DNA from: Deltaproteobacteria bacterium
GTDB taxonomy: Bacteria; Desulfobacterota; Binatia; UBA12015
DNA length: 57,364 nt
Assembly (NCBI GenBank): GCA_046583355.1
Contig: JAYGCM010000058.1
Coordinates: 1 to 57,364, forward strand
Direction of reading: 5' to 3'
Positions 20,833 through 28,690 of the stretch are shown here, piece after piece; position 1 is the first letter of the stretch, and the number at the start of each line of letters is the position of its first letter. The notes below the pieces were generated by a model. It saw only the letters and a list, made by a program, of their open reading frames with translations. It did no database searches and was not told where the DNA came from. Made by a program: the position numbers and the translations under genes.

Positions 20833-21588
20833 CTAAATCAGCTTGGCTTCGCTGTGCAACAGCTCGACCAATTCCTGGACAGTCTCGACCGTCTTGCCGG
20901 CATCGCGTGACGTCGGCGGGATGAGACCTGTGGTTTCGACCAGAAGGCTGTCTCCGGCGCCGGCTTCGGCGAGCGGGATCTCCTTCATTTCCTTTTTGCG
21001 GGCCTTCATGATGCCCGGCAACGAGGCGTAGCGCGGCTCGTTGAGTCGCAGGTCGGTGGTGATGACACCGGGCAGGGTGAAGCCGATGGCTTCCAGCCCG
21101 CCGTCGACCTCGCGGGTCACGGTGACTGCGGTGTGGTCCTCGTTGAATTCGATCTTCGAGGCGAAGGTCGCTTGCGGCCAGTCGAGGCTCGCAGCGAGGA
21201 GTTGGCCCGTCTGGTTCGCATCGTCGTCGATCGCCTGCTTGCCGGCCAGGACCAGGTCGGGCGACTCGTCGGCGACGAGTTTGGCCAGGACCTGGGCTGT
21301 GGTCGCCGGGTCGAGTGGGCGGTCGGCCTGCACCAGGATGGCGCGGTCGGCGCCCATGGCGAGCCCCGTACGCAACTGCTCCTGACAGACCTGTGCGCCG
21401 ATGGCGACCAGAATTACCTCGGCACCGCCCTGGTTCTCCTTGATACGGAGAGCCTCTTCGATGGCAATTTCATCGAAAGGGTTGATGACGAATTTGACGT
21501 TTTCTTCCTTGATTCCCGAACCGTCCGCCGCAACAACAATGTTGGTTTGGGGATCGGGGACCCGCTTGATGGGCACCAGAATCTTCAC
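20833..21588 (-). CDS. etfB: Electron transfer flavoprotein beta subunit
   Basis: KRVPD, NPFDEIAIEEA, AMGAD, GKQAIDDD, REVDGG, LNEPRYASL; GTG start with AGGAGG. Confidence 0.95.
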   Translation of the reverse strand: MKILVPIKRVPDPQTNIVVAADGSGIKEENVKFVINPFDEIAIEEALRIKENQGGAEVILVAIGAQVCQEQLRTGLAMGADRAILVQADRPLDPATTAQVLAKLVADESPDLVLAGKQAIDDDANQTGQLLAASLDWPQATFASKIEFNEDHTAVTVTREVDGGLEAIGFTLPGVITTDLRLNEPRYASLPGIMKARKKEMKEIPLAEAGAGDSLLVETTGLIPPTSRDAGKTVETVQELVELLHSEAKLI

Positions 21589-21781
21589 GCTGGAGGGACC
21601 TCCTGCTGATGGGTTTTAGTTCGCGACCACGCCCGATTGGAGCAGCCGCACGACCCCGAATGGGTAGCATTGGATCGTCTCGGTGCAATGCAATGCGTGT
21701 CCGAGGTCCGCGGCCCAGGGAGGCAGGTCGCGAAATTCTGCTTTGGTGCTCGCCTGCGTGGCAGCAGAGCAGCGGCGGGAT

Positions 21782-22558
21782 TCAGTTCCCGCCGAGGCGT
21801 GCGGAGAGGTCGTGGCCGGCGCGCAAGGCCTCGGGCGCCAGTTCGGTTTCGATGCGCTCTTTGGTCAGACGGTACTCCGGAGCACTGATGGCAAGGCTCC
21901 CGACGACGGCACGCGTATAGTCGCGGATGGGGACCGCAATGGCTCCCAGGTCGGCCAGGTACTCGCCGGATTCGCTCGTATAGCCGCGCTCGCCAGCAGC
22001 CATGAGGTCGGCGATCAGGTCGGCGCGCTTGGTCAGAGTGCGCTCGGTCAGCTTGGTCAGCGACTCGGGCAGGGCGTTTTTCAGGCCTTCGGGGGATTCA
22101 AAGGCGAGGTGGACCTTGCCGGCGGCGGTGGCATGCAGGGGCAGGGCGCGGCCGATCAATGAGATGGCGCGGACCGCCTGGTCGGCTTCGACCGATTGGA
22201 GCGGCACTACCTCGCCACGTCGCAGCACGCCGATATAGGCGGTCTCGCCGGTTTTGGCGACGAGGTCTTCGAGGATGGGCCGGGCCTGACGCAGCAGTCC
22301 CATCTGCGCGACGAAGGTCTGGCCGATCTTCAGGCAGCCGAGGCCGAGGCGGTAATTCTCGGTCGCCTTGTTTTGCTCGATATAGCCACGCGATTCGAGG
22401 GTGGCGAGCAGACGGAAGACATTGTTTTTATGAAGCTTCAGCCGCTTGGAAAGCTCGGTTACGCCAAGTTCGTCGGTCTCGTCGCTGAATTGCTCGAGGA
22501 CATCGAATGCATGCGATACCGATTGGATGACGTAATTTGTTTTTTCGCGGCGTACCAT
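21782..22558 (-). CDS. IclR family transcriptional regulator
   Basis: IQSVSHAFDVLE, LGVTELSKRLKLHKNNVFRLLATL, PLHATAAGK, IAVPIRD. Confidence 0.92.
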   Translation of the reverse strand: MVRREKTNYVIQSVSHAFDVLEQFSDETDELGVTELSKRLKLHKNNVFRLLATLESRGYIEQNKATENYRLGLGCLKIGQTFVAQMGLLRQARPILEDLVAKTGETAYIGVLRRGEVVPLQSVEADQAVRAISLIGRALPLHATAAGKVHLAFESPEGLKNALPESLTKLTERTLTKRADLIADLMAAGERGYTSESGEYLADLGAIAVPIRDYTRAVVGSLAISAPEYRLTKERIETELAPEALRAGHDLSARLGGN

Positions 22559-22709
22559 CAGAAGGGACCCGATCGGAACCGCTTTGTGCCGGTTGCGACC
22601 ATCTCCAAATACCGTTTTATCCTACGGGCAGGTTGCGGTCGAGTCAACTCTACCCTGCAGAGGCGTCGCGCCATGTTGTTCTAAAACCGGCAGTATAGGA
22701 GGAGAGAAA

Positions 22710-23423
22710 ATGACACGGGCAAAGGGCGATTTCTTGCATTGGGTGCTGACATGCGAGCATGCAGCGAAGCGGGTGCCGCGCGAATATGCGGCGCTGGGGC
22801 TGTCGCGTGCGGCGCTCGCAGGCCATATCGGCTGGGATATCGGCGCTCGCGATGTGCAGCGTGTTCTTGCTCGGGAGTTGGAGGCTACGGCAGTCTGGTC
22901 CCGTGTTTCAAGGCTTCTGGTCGATGCGAATCGAACGCCATATGAGGAGTCGCTGATCCCAGTGCAGAGTGATGGGGTCGTGGTGCCGGGTAATGCGCAC
23001 GTTTCAGCGGCTGATCGCAAGCGCCGAATCCGGCTCTATCATGAGCCTTATCATGCCCGTGTAAATCAAATCTTGGAACGCGCGATAGGCGCGGCGCCGG
23101 GCAACGTCCGCCTGCTCTCCCTGCATTCGTTCACGCCGCAAATGGACGGCCGCGTGCGCAACTTTGATATCGGTGTTCTATTCGACGCGCATGTGCCGCT
23201 TGCGCGTGCCTTCGGGCGGGCGCTGGTCCGCGAAAAATTCAGCATTCGGTATAACGAGCCCTACTCTGGCTATGACGGCCTGATCTACGCACCGAAGCGC
23301 CACGGTGAAGCGCACGACGTTCCCTACGTGGAGTTGGAAATCAATAACCGACTTATCCGCACACCAGCGGCGGCCGGGCGGGTGGGGCGGCGCATTGCGC
23401 GGGCCTTGCGCACGCTTGGATAG
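22710..23423 (+). CDS. N-formylglutamate amidohydrolase family protein
   Basis: TCEHA, HIGWDIG, SRLLVDANR, YHEPYH, SLHSFTP, NEPY; AGGAGG before ATG 22710. Confidence 0.85.
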   Translation: MTRAKGDFLHWVLTCEHAAKRVPREYAALGLSRAALAGHIGWDIGARDVQRVLARELEATAVWSRVSRLLVDANRTPYEESLIPVQSDGVVVPGNAHVSAADRKRRIRLYHEPYHARVNQILERAIGAAPGNVRLLSLHSFTPQMDGRVRNFDIGVLFDAHVPLARAFGRALVREKFSIRYNEPYSGYDGLIYAPKRHGEAHDVPYVELEINNRLIRTPAAAGRVGRRIARALRTLG

Positions 23424-23432
23424 CCGTCAATG

Positions 23433-23465
23433 AAAAAGGCCCGGACCATGGCGGTCCGGGCCTTT
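23433..23465. terminator. Probable bidirectional terminator between convergent genes
   Basis: AAAAAGGCCCGGACC-ATGGC-GGTCCGGGCCTTT. Confidence 0.8.
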
Positions 23466-23497
23466 GCTCGGTGGTAGCCGGCGTTGTAGCCGGACCT

Positions 23498-23929
23498 CTA
23501 ATTGTAGTCGTAGGCGCTGACGTCGATCTCGGTCTCGCCCTTGATGCCCTTCGAATCCGTGCACTCGATGACGATGATGAAATCGCCTTCTTTTGCGTAG
23601 GTATGGTTCGGGTGCAGGGCGTTTACCTTGGCCGAGCCGTCGCCGAAATCCCATTCGCATTCGACAGCGCCGGTCTGGTCTTCGACAATCGAGGTGAATT
23701 GCACAATCAGGGGCGGCGGGCCTTCGTCGGGTTCGGCCTCGGCATCGACGTAGAGTTCGTCGTAATAGACGGGCGCCGGTTTTGCGGGTTTGGCGCCAGG
23801 CAGGCCGGCGGCCGGTTTGGCATCGGTTGCCGGCGTCGCCGCAGGCTCTGATTTGGTGCAGGCACCGAGGAAGAGAGCCGCGGCAGTGAGCGCGACGGCC
23901 ATGCAGGATCGATTCAGCATTTGTTTCAT
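23498..23929 (-). CDS. Small PKD-domain lipoprotein
   Basis: Lipobox LGAC; GPPPLIVQF, WDFGDGS, PNHTY..EG. Confidence 0.8.
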   Translation of the reverse strand: MKQMLNRSCMAVALTAAALFLGACTKSEPAATPATDAKPAAGLPGAKPAKPAPVYYDELYVDAEAEPDEGPPPLIVQFTSIVEDQTGAVECEWDFGDGSAKVNALHPNHTYAKEGDFIIVIECTDSKGIKGETEIDVSAYDYN

Positions 23930-24116
23930 TCGTTTTTTTCCTTCTCGAGGGCAGTCCCACACAGGGAGTCGCGATGCTTTACCATTGCAGCGCGTCATTT
24001 GAAAAGGTCCATTGCAAATTTTCCAATTGTGGCGTTCCCGGCAATGCGGCTGCGCTTTCGAGTGCTCCCTATCTTCCCTGCGAGCGATGCGGTTCGTAGT
24101 CGGTCGCACCTCTTCT

Positions 24117-24719
24117 CTATGAGGTTGGGCCTTTGCGAAACACGAGCGAGAGGTTGTTGGCCGGCATCGAGACCACCTCGACCCGACTCAGACCGTTGGT
24201 CTCGGCTGCTGCGGTGACGTCGTCCAGGTCACGCACGCCCCAACTCGGATCACGCGCCCGAAGGTTCGCATCGAATGCCGCGTTGCTCGGCGCGGTATGC
24301 TGGCCGTCTATCTTGTAGGGGCCGTAGGTGAAGAGCAGGCCGCCCGCGGGCAGAATTCGGCCGGCACCGCGCATCAAGGCCAGGCACGACGCCCAGGGCG
24401 AAATGTGGATCATATTGATGCACACCACGGCGGCCGCTGCGGTCACCGGCCAGGGCTCGGAGCGCGTATCGAGATCCAGTGGGGCGAGCACGTTTTCCAA
24501 CGCCAACTCCTGCCTCCAGGCTTGCATGCTGGCACGCGCCTCGGGATCGGTGTCGCTCGGTTGCCATTGTGCCGTGGGCATCGCGGCGGCAAAATGAACG
24601 ATATGTTCCCCCGTGCCGCTGGCAACTTCGAGGATCAGCCCGTCTGGCGGAGAATGCCGTAGTAGGACCTGGGTGATGGCATCGCGGTTGCGGGCTACGG
24701 CCGGGGCATGCCTCTTCAT
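24117..24719 (-). CDS. DUF938 family SAM-dependent methyltransferase-like protein
   Basis: APAVARNR, LEVASGTGEH, WQPSD, NMIHISPW, YGPY, SNAAFD, MPANN. Confidence 0.88.
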   Translation of the reverse strand: MKRHAPAVARNRDAITQVLLRHSPPDGLILEVASGTGEHIVHFAAAMPTAQWQPSDTDPEARASMQAWRQELALENVLAPLDLDTRSEPWPVTAAAAVVCINMIHISPWASCLALMRGAGRILPAGGLLFTYGPYKIDGQHTAPSNAAFDANLRARDPSWGVRDLDDVTAAAETNGLSRVEVVSMPANNLSLVFRKGPTS

Positions 24720-25031
24720 GGAGGGTACCGTACCACGGTGTCCGGATGCGGACCCGCCTGGCGGCGCTTGGCTTTGGGATTATCTCTTGATTTCATAGTA
24801 AAACCAAAGGCTTATAAGTTTTTTTCGCTTCGCATGATCTTTCCCTTTGCAAAGCGGGGTAGAGCGACTACGCTGCTGCGCAGGCAAGAGATTCAACCAA
24901 TATAGTTTCCGTAGGAAGCGGCATTTTTCTTCAAGGTGCATGCTCTTCAACTGATTTTCTCGACGATGGCGACAAATGTGTCGACCTTCCCGTTGAGCGT
25001 TGGAGCCGCCTGAAGGCTGGCTCGTTTTCTG

Positions 25032-25092
25032 CCGCTGGGATCCAAATGGCAGCTGACGGTCGCAAGACCGCAGCCAAGCTGGACCGAGACGG
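25032..25092 (+). ncRNA. pan RNA motif-like cis-regulatory hairpin upstream of panB
   Basis: CCG-CUGGG-A-UCCA pairs with UGGA-CCGAG-A-CGG, leaving two bulged As; apical GCUG-A-CGGUC-GCAA-GACCG-CAGC; about 115 nt before panB. Confidence 0.65.
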
Positions 25093-25109
25093 AATTGAGG
25101 AAAAGCCGG

Positions 25110-25133
25110 CACAAGCTTTGTCACAAGCTTTGT
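25110..25133. repeat. Perfect tandem 12-bp duplication in the pan leader
   Basis: CACAAGCTTTGT x2. Confidence 0.85.
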
Positions 25134-25206
25134 TTGTGCTCCGGTTGATGAGGCACGCAGGTGTCGCACTCCCCCATTTCCCTTCGGCCCGGGAGATCAG
25201 GTTCAA

Positions 25207-26991
25207 ATGAGTGCAGAGATTACCGTTCCCGGTATCCGTGAATCCAAGGGTACCCCACATCGTCTGACGATGGTCACCGCGTACGATTGTACGTTCGCGC
25301 GTCTGATCGACCGCGCCGATGTAGACATCCTGCTGGTCGGCGACAGCCTCGGCATGGTGGTGCAGGGTGGCGATTCCACCGTGACCGTGACGATGGACGA
25401 GATGGAATACCACGTCCGCATGGTTGCTCGCGCCAAGACCAACGCCCTGGTGCTGGGTGATATGCCTTGGCTTTCCTACCATCTCTCAAAGTCCGAGACG
25501 GTGGCGAATGCTGGCCGGCTGATTCAGGCCGGTGCGCAAGCGGTGAAACTCGAAGGCGGATGCAAGGTCGCCAAAATGATCAAGGCATTGGTGCGGGCCG
25601 AGATTCCGGTGGTCGGCCACGTCGGCCTGACGCCGCAGGCGGTGAACCGGATGGGCGGTCATAAAGTGCAGGGGCGTGACGATGCGAGCCGCGCCGAGGT
25701 GCTCGCCGATGCGCGCGCTGTCGAGAAGGCCGGCGCGTTCGCGATCGTTCTCGAGGGTGTGCCGCTGGACCTGGCGCGCGAGATTACCGAAGCGCTTTCC
25801 ATTCCGACCATCGGCATCGGCGCCGGGCCTTTTTGTGATGGCCAGGTTCTGGTGATGCACGATTTGCTCGGGCTCGATACCGGCGGCCACAAGCCTCGTT
25901 TCGTACGCAGCTTTGCCAACCTCGGCCAACAGGTGACCGAGGCCGTCTCGGCCTACCGCGAGGAAGTGCATTCCGGCAGCTTTCCGAACGATGCGGAGTC
26001 CTATCATACTGCGGGATCCGAGCAGCGCGCAGGCGAGGGGCTCCAGACGATTACCAGCGTCGCCGGCATGCGGGCCTGGGCCGACCGCACGCGCGCGGCC
26101 GGCCTCAAGATCAGCCTCGTGCCGACGATGGGTTATCTGCATGAGGGGCATCTCTCGTTGGTGCGGGAGGCGAAAAAGCGTGGCGACCGTGTCGTTGTTT
26201 CGATTTTCGTCAACCCGATTCAATTCGACCATGAGGAAGATCTGACCTCTTATCCGCGTGAGATGGAGCGCGATTGCACGCTCCTGGCAGCCGAGGGGGT
26301 CGACCTGGTCTTCGCGCCGGCGGCCCAGGATATGTACGCCGAAAATTTCTCGAGCTTGGTCGATGTAGAAAAGCTGACCGACGGGCTTTGCGGATCAAAG
26401 CGGCCGGGCCATTTCCGCGGTGTCGCAACCGTTGTGACCAAGCTTTTCCATTGCGTCCAGCCACATTTCGCCGTCTTCGGCGAGAAGGATTACCAGCAAC
26501 TCGCGGTGGTGCGGCGCATGGCGCGGGATCTGGACTTCGGCGTTGAGATCATCGGCGGCGCGGTTGCCCGTGAGGCGGATGGCTTGGCCATGTCGAGTCG
26601 CAATGCGCGACTCTCCAGCGAGGGGCGTCGGACGGCGGTCTGTGTGCCACGCGCGCTCGATACGGTGCGCTTGGCTGTGGCGGGCGGGCAACGCTCAACC
26701 GCAGAGCTTAAATTGATCCTTGCGAAATCTTTTTCCCGCTACGCCGATGTACGGCTCGAATATGGCGAAGTGGTTTGTCCGGATTCGCTTGAGCCCTTGG
26801 CGCGCGTGCAGGGTCCGGTGCAATTTGCCGTCGCCATCTGGCTCGACGGGGTGCGCCTGATCGACAATATCCGCATTGACCCACAGGAGGCCGCGCCCGC
26901 GCTTCTGGCCACGGCCGAGAAGCCGGCCACTCTCTCCGGGTACGAATTCGCGAGGCCGTCTCCGTGGCTCGCCGATCGGTCCGGCGGCTGA
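25207..26991 (+). CDS. panB/panC: Bifunctional PanB-PanC fusion (ketopantoate hydroxymethyltransferase + pantoate-beta-alanine ligase)
   Basis: [30 protein letters not shown]; then [47 protein letters not shown] in one 594-aa ORF. Confidence 0.92.
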   Translation: MSAEITVPGIRESKGTPHRLTMVTAYDCTFARLIDRADVDILLVGDSLGMVVQGGDSTVTVTMDEMEYHVRMVARAKTNALVLGDMPWLSYHLSKSETVANAGRLIQAGAQAVKLEGGCKVAKMIKALVRAEIPVVGHVGLTPQAVNRMGGHKVQGRDDASRAEVLADARAVEKAGAFAIVLEGVPLDLAREITEALSIPTIGIGAGPFCDGQVLVMHDLLGLDTGGHKPRFVRSFANLGQQVTEAVSAYREEVHSGSFPNDAESYHTAGSEQRAGEGLQTITSVAGMRAWADRTRAAGLKISLVPTMGYLHEGHLSLVREAKKRGDRVVVSIFVNPIQFDHEEDLTSYPREMERDCTLLAAEGVDLVFAPAAQDMYAENFSSLVDVEKLTDGLCGSKRPGHFRGVATVVTKLFHCVQPHFAVFGEKDYQQLAVVRRMARDLDFGVEIIGGAVAREADGLAMSSRNARLSSEGRRTAVCVPRALDTVRLAVAGGQRSTAELKLILAKSFSRYADVRLEYGEVVCPDSLEPLARVQGPVQFAVAIWLDGVRLIDNIRIDPQEAAPALLATAEKPATLSGYEFARPSPWLADRSGG

Positions 26992-27046
26992 GGCGGGGGC
27001 GATGATAGCCAAACAAAATTCAAGTTCAGGAATCGAAGGAACCAAG

Positions 27047-27406
27047 ATGCGCAAGATGCTGCGGGGCAAGATTCACCGTGCGACCGTGACCCAGGCCGAT
27101 CTGCATTATGAGGGGTCGATCACGATTGACCGCGTCTTGATGGATGCCATGGATCTGCTGGAGTTCGAGGCTGTGCACGTCTGGGATGTGAATAACGGCG
27201 AGCGCTTCGAGACCTACGCGCTTGAGGGCGAGGCCGGCTCCGGGGTGATCTGCGTGAACGGTGCGGCGGCTCGCAAGGTGGCTATTGGCGACCTCATCAT
27301 CATCGGCGCCTTTTCCTGGTTCGAAGAAGAAGCGGCGCGCAAATACCAACCCCGGCTCGTGATGGTGGATCACCAGAACCGCATCAAGCAGGTCGCCGCC
27401 GCCTAG
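27047..27406 (+). CDS. panD: Aspartate 1-decarboxylase
   Basis: [16 protein letters not shown] cleavage site, [16 protein letters not shown]. Confidence 0.95.
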   Translation: MRKMLRGKIHRATVTQADLHYEGSITIDRVLMDAMDLLEFEAVHVWDVNNGERFETYALEGEAGSGVICVNGAAARKVAIGDLIIIGAFSWFEEEAARKYQPRLVMVDHQNRIKQVAAA

Positions 27407-27412
27407 GGATGT

Positions 27413-27463
27413 GCCCGGCTATTCGCCGCGAATATTCGAGCGCAGGCCCGGCTATTCGCCGCG
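27413..27463. repeat. 18-bp direct repeat
   Basis: GCCCGGCTATTCGCCGCG at 27413-27430 and 27446-27463. Confidence 0.8.
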
Positions 27464-27793
27464 CTGCCAATCGCGGACGAGCTTGCCGATCGCCACAATG
27501 GTGACCAGCAGCATCGAGGAACCGGAGCGCGCGCGGTCGGCCAGAAGGATCAGGCTCAGCGATCCGAAGAGCATGAACGTGGTCATGCCGCCGATCACGA
27601 GAAGGGACGGCCAGACGCGTTCCCATTCACCTGCCTCGATGGCTCGCTTCAGGCGTCCGATCGGTGTGGTGGGTAGGTGGTCTCCCGGATTCACCAATTT
27701 CGGCCGCCGCCGCGAGAGCAGCAGCACACCAATGCCGGCCATCCATACCCCGATCACCGTCGGTCCGAGGAGAATCCAATCCAAAGCGCTCAC
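27452..27793 (-). CDS. Small hypothetical membrane protein (about 3 TM)
   Basis: Hydrophobic segments in the non-overlapping 3' part of ORF 27452..28186; GTG start inferred. Confidence 0.55.
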   Translation of the reverse strand: MSALDWILLGPTVIGVWMAGIGVLLLSRRRPKLVNPGDHLPTTPIGRLKRAIEAGEWERVWPSLLVIGGMTTFMLFGSLSLILLADRARSGSSMLLVTIVAIGKLVRDWQRGE

Positions 27794-27868
27794 GGCTCTC
27801 GATGAAACGGAGAATGGACGCCGTTCGCAAGGGGCAACCGAGAGAGCGGGCGCCTCGTTCGGAACCGG

Positions 27869-27903
27869 AGGGGACGAGTTTCGGTACACGTCCCCTGAAG
27901 GGG
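27869..27903 (+). repeat. 35-bp REP-like element, copy A
   Basis: AGGGGACGAGTTTCGGTACACGTCCCCTGAAGGGG; 32/35 identical to the reverse complement of 28593-28627. Confidence 0.75.
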
Positions 27904-27919
27904 ATGTTAGGGGAGGGGG

Positions 27920-28390
27920 ATGGCACGGGAGTCGGGAGTGAAGCAGGTTGCGGAGAACCGCAAGGCGCGACACGAGTATTTTCTCGATGAGACGGTCGAG
28001 GCCGGCATGGTGTTGTTGGGCTCCGAGGTGAAATCGCTGCGTGAGGGGCGGGTGAACCTGAAAGATGGGTACGCGCGCATCTCCCGCCATGGGCAGATCG
28101 ACCTGGTGAATGTTCATATTTCGCCTTGGACGCATACCAATCAAGATGCGCCGGACCCGGTGCGGACGCGGCGGCTCTTGTTGCACCGCCGAGAGATCGA
28201 CCGGCTGGGCGGCAAAACACGCGAGCGCGGCATCACACTCATTCCGACGCGCATTTATTTCAAAGACGGCAAGGCCAAGGTCGAGATCGCGCTCGCGCGC
28301 GGCAAGGAAAAGCAGGACAAGCGCCAGGACCAGAAGGCGAGCGAGGCCAAGCGTGATATCGAGCGCGCCATGAAGTCCAACCGCAGCTGA
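27920..28390 (+). CDS. smpB: SsrA-binding protein SmpB
   Basis: NRKARHEY, EAGMVLLGSEVKSLR, RRLLLHRREI, LARGK..DKR. Confidence 0.96.
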   Translation: MARESGVKQVAENRKARHEYFLDETVEAGMVLLGSEVKSLREGRVNLKDGYARISRHGQIDLVNVHISPWTHTNQDAPDPVRTRRLLLHRREIDRLGGKTRERGITLIPTRIYFKDGKAKVEIALARGKEKQDKRQDQKASEAKRDIERAMKSNRS

Positions 28391-28405
28391 TCAAGGAAAG
28401 TAGCC

Positions 28406-28564
28406 ATGGTTGAGCTTGATACGGGGATGTCGGTTTCGCGTCTCGCCGATGTTCCGGCAGCCGCCCGGGCTGTGGAAGAGTTGGGTTTCTCGGGGCTTTG
28501 GGCTGCCGAGACCGGCCACGACACCGAAAAATGGCAAAAGGTCATCCGCGCCTTCGCTACCTGA
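28406..28564 (+). pseudogene. 52-aa remnant of an LLM-class (TIGR03617-like) oxidoreductase, apparently internally deleted
   Basis: AAGGA RBS; MVELDTGMSVSRLADVPAAARAVEELGFSGLWAAETGHD followed directly by TEKWQKVIRAFAT-stop. Confidence 0.65.
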
Positions 28565-28592
28565 CCCTGCCCAAGCTCCAGAGCAATTCTGC

Positions 28593-28627
28593 CCCCTTCA
28601 GGGGACGTGTACCTAAAGTTGTCCCCT
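28593..28627 (-). repeat. 35-bp REP-like element, copy B (inverted)
   Basis: CCCCTTCAGGGGACGTGTACCTAAAGTTGTCCCCT. Confidence 0.75.
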
Positions 28628-28690
28628 TCAGAATTTTTCTTGCGGGGTTCGCCTTGTCACCCCTCGGCGGGTGTGGCAGCGTGCCGGTCG

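Noticed and set aside
24010..24030. Sigma-54 promoter upstream of the PKD gene
   Set aside because: GG-to-GC spacing is 7 nt rather than the required 10
24780..25169. 129-aa minus-strand ORF in the pan leader
   Set aside because: No motif; the region is better explained as promoter plus structured RNA
25110..28627. Short repeats as a CRISPR array
   Set aside because: Only two copies each, no regular spacers, no cas genes
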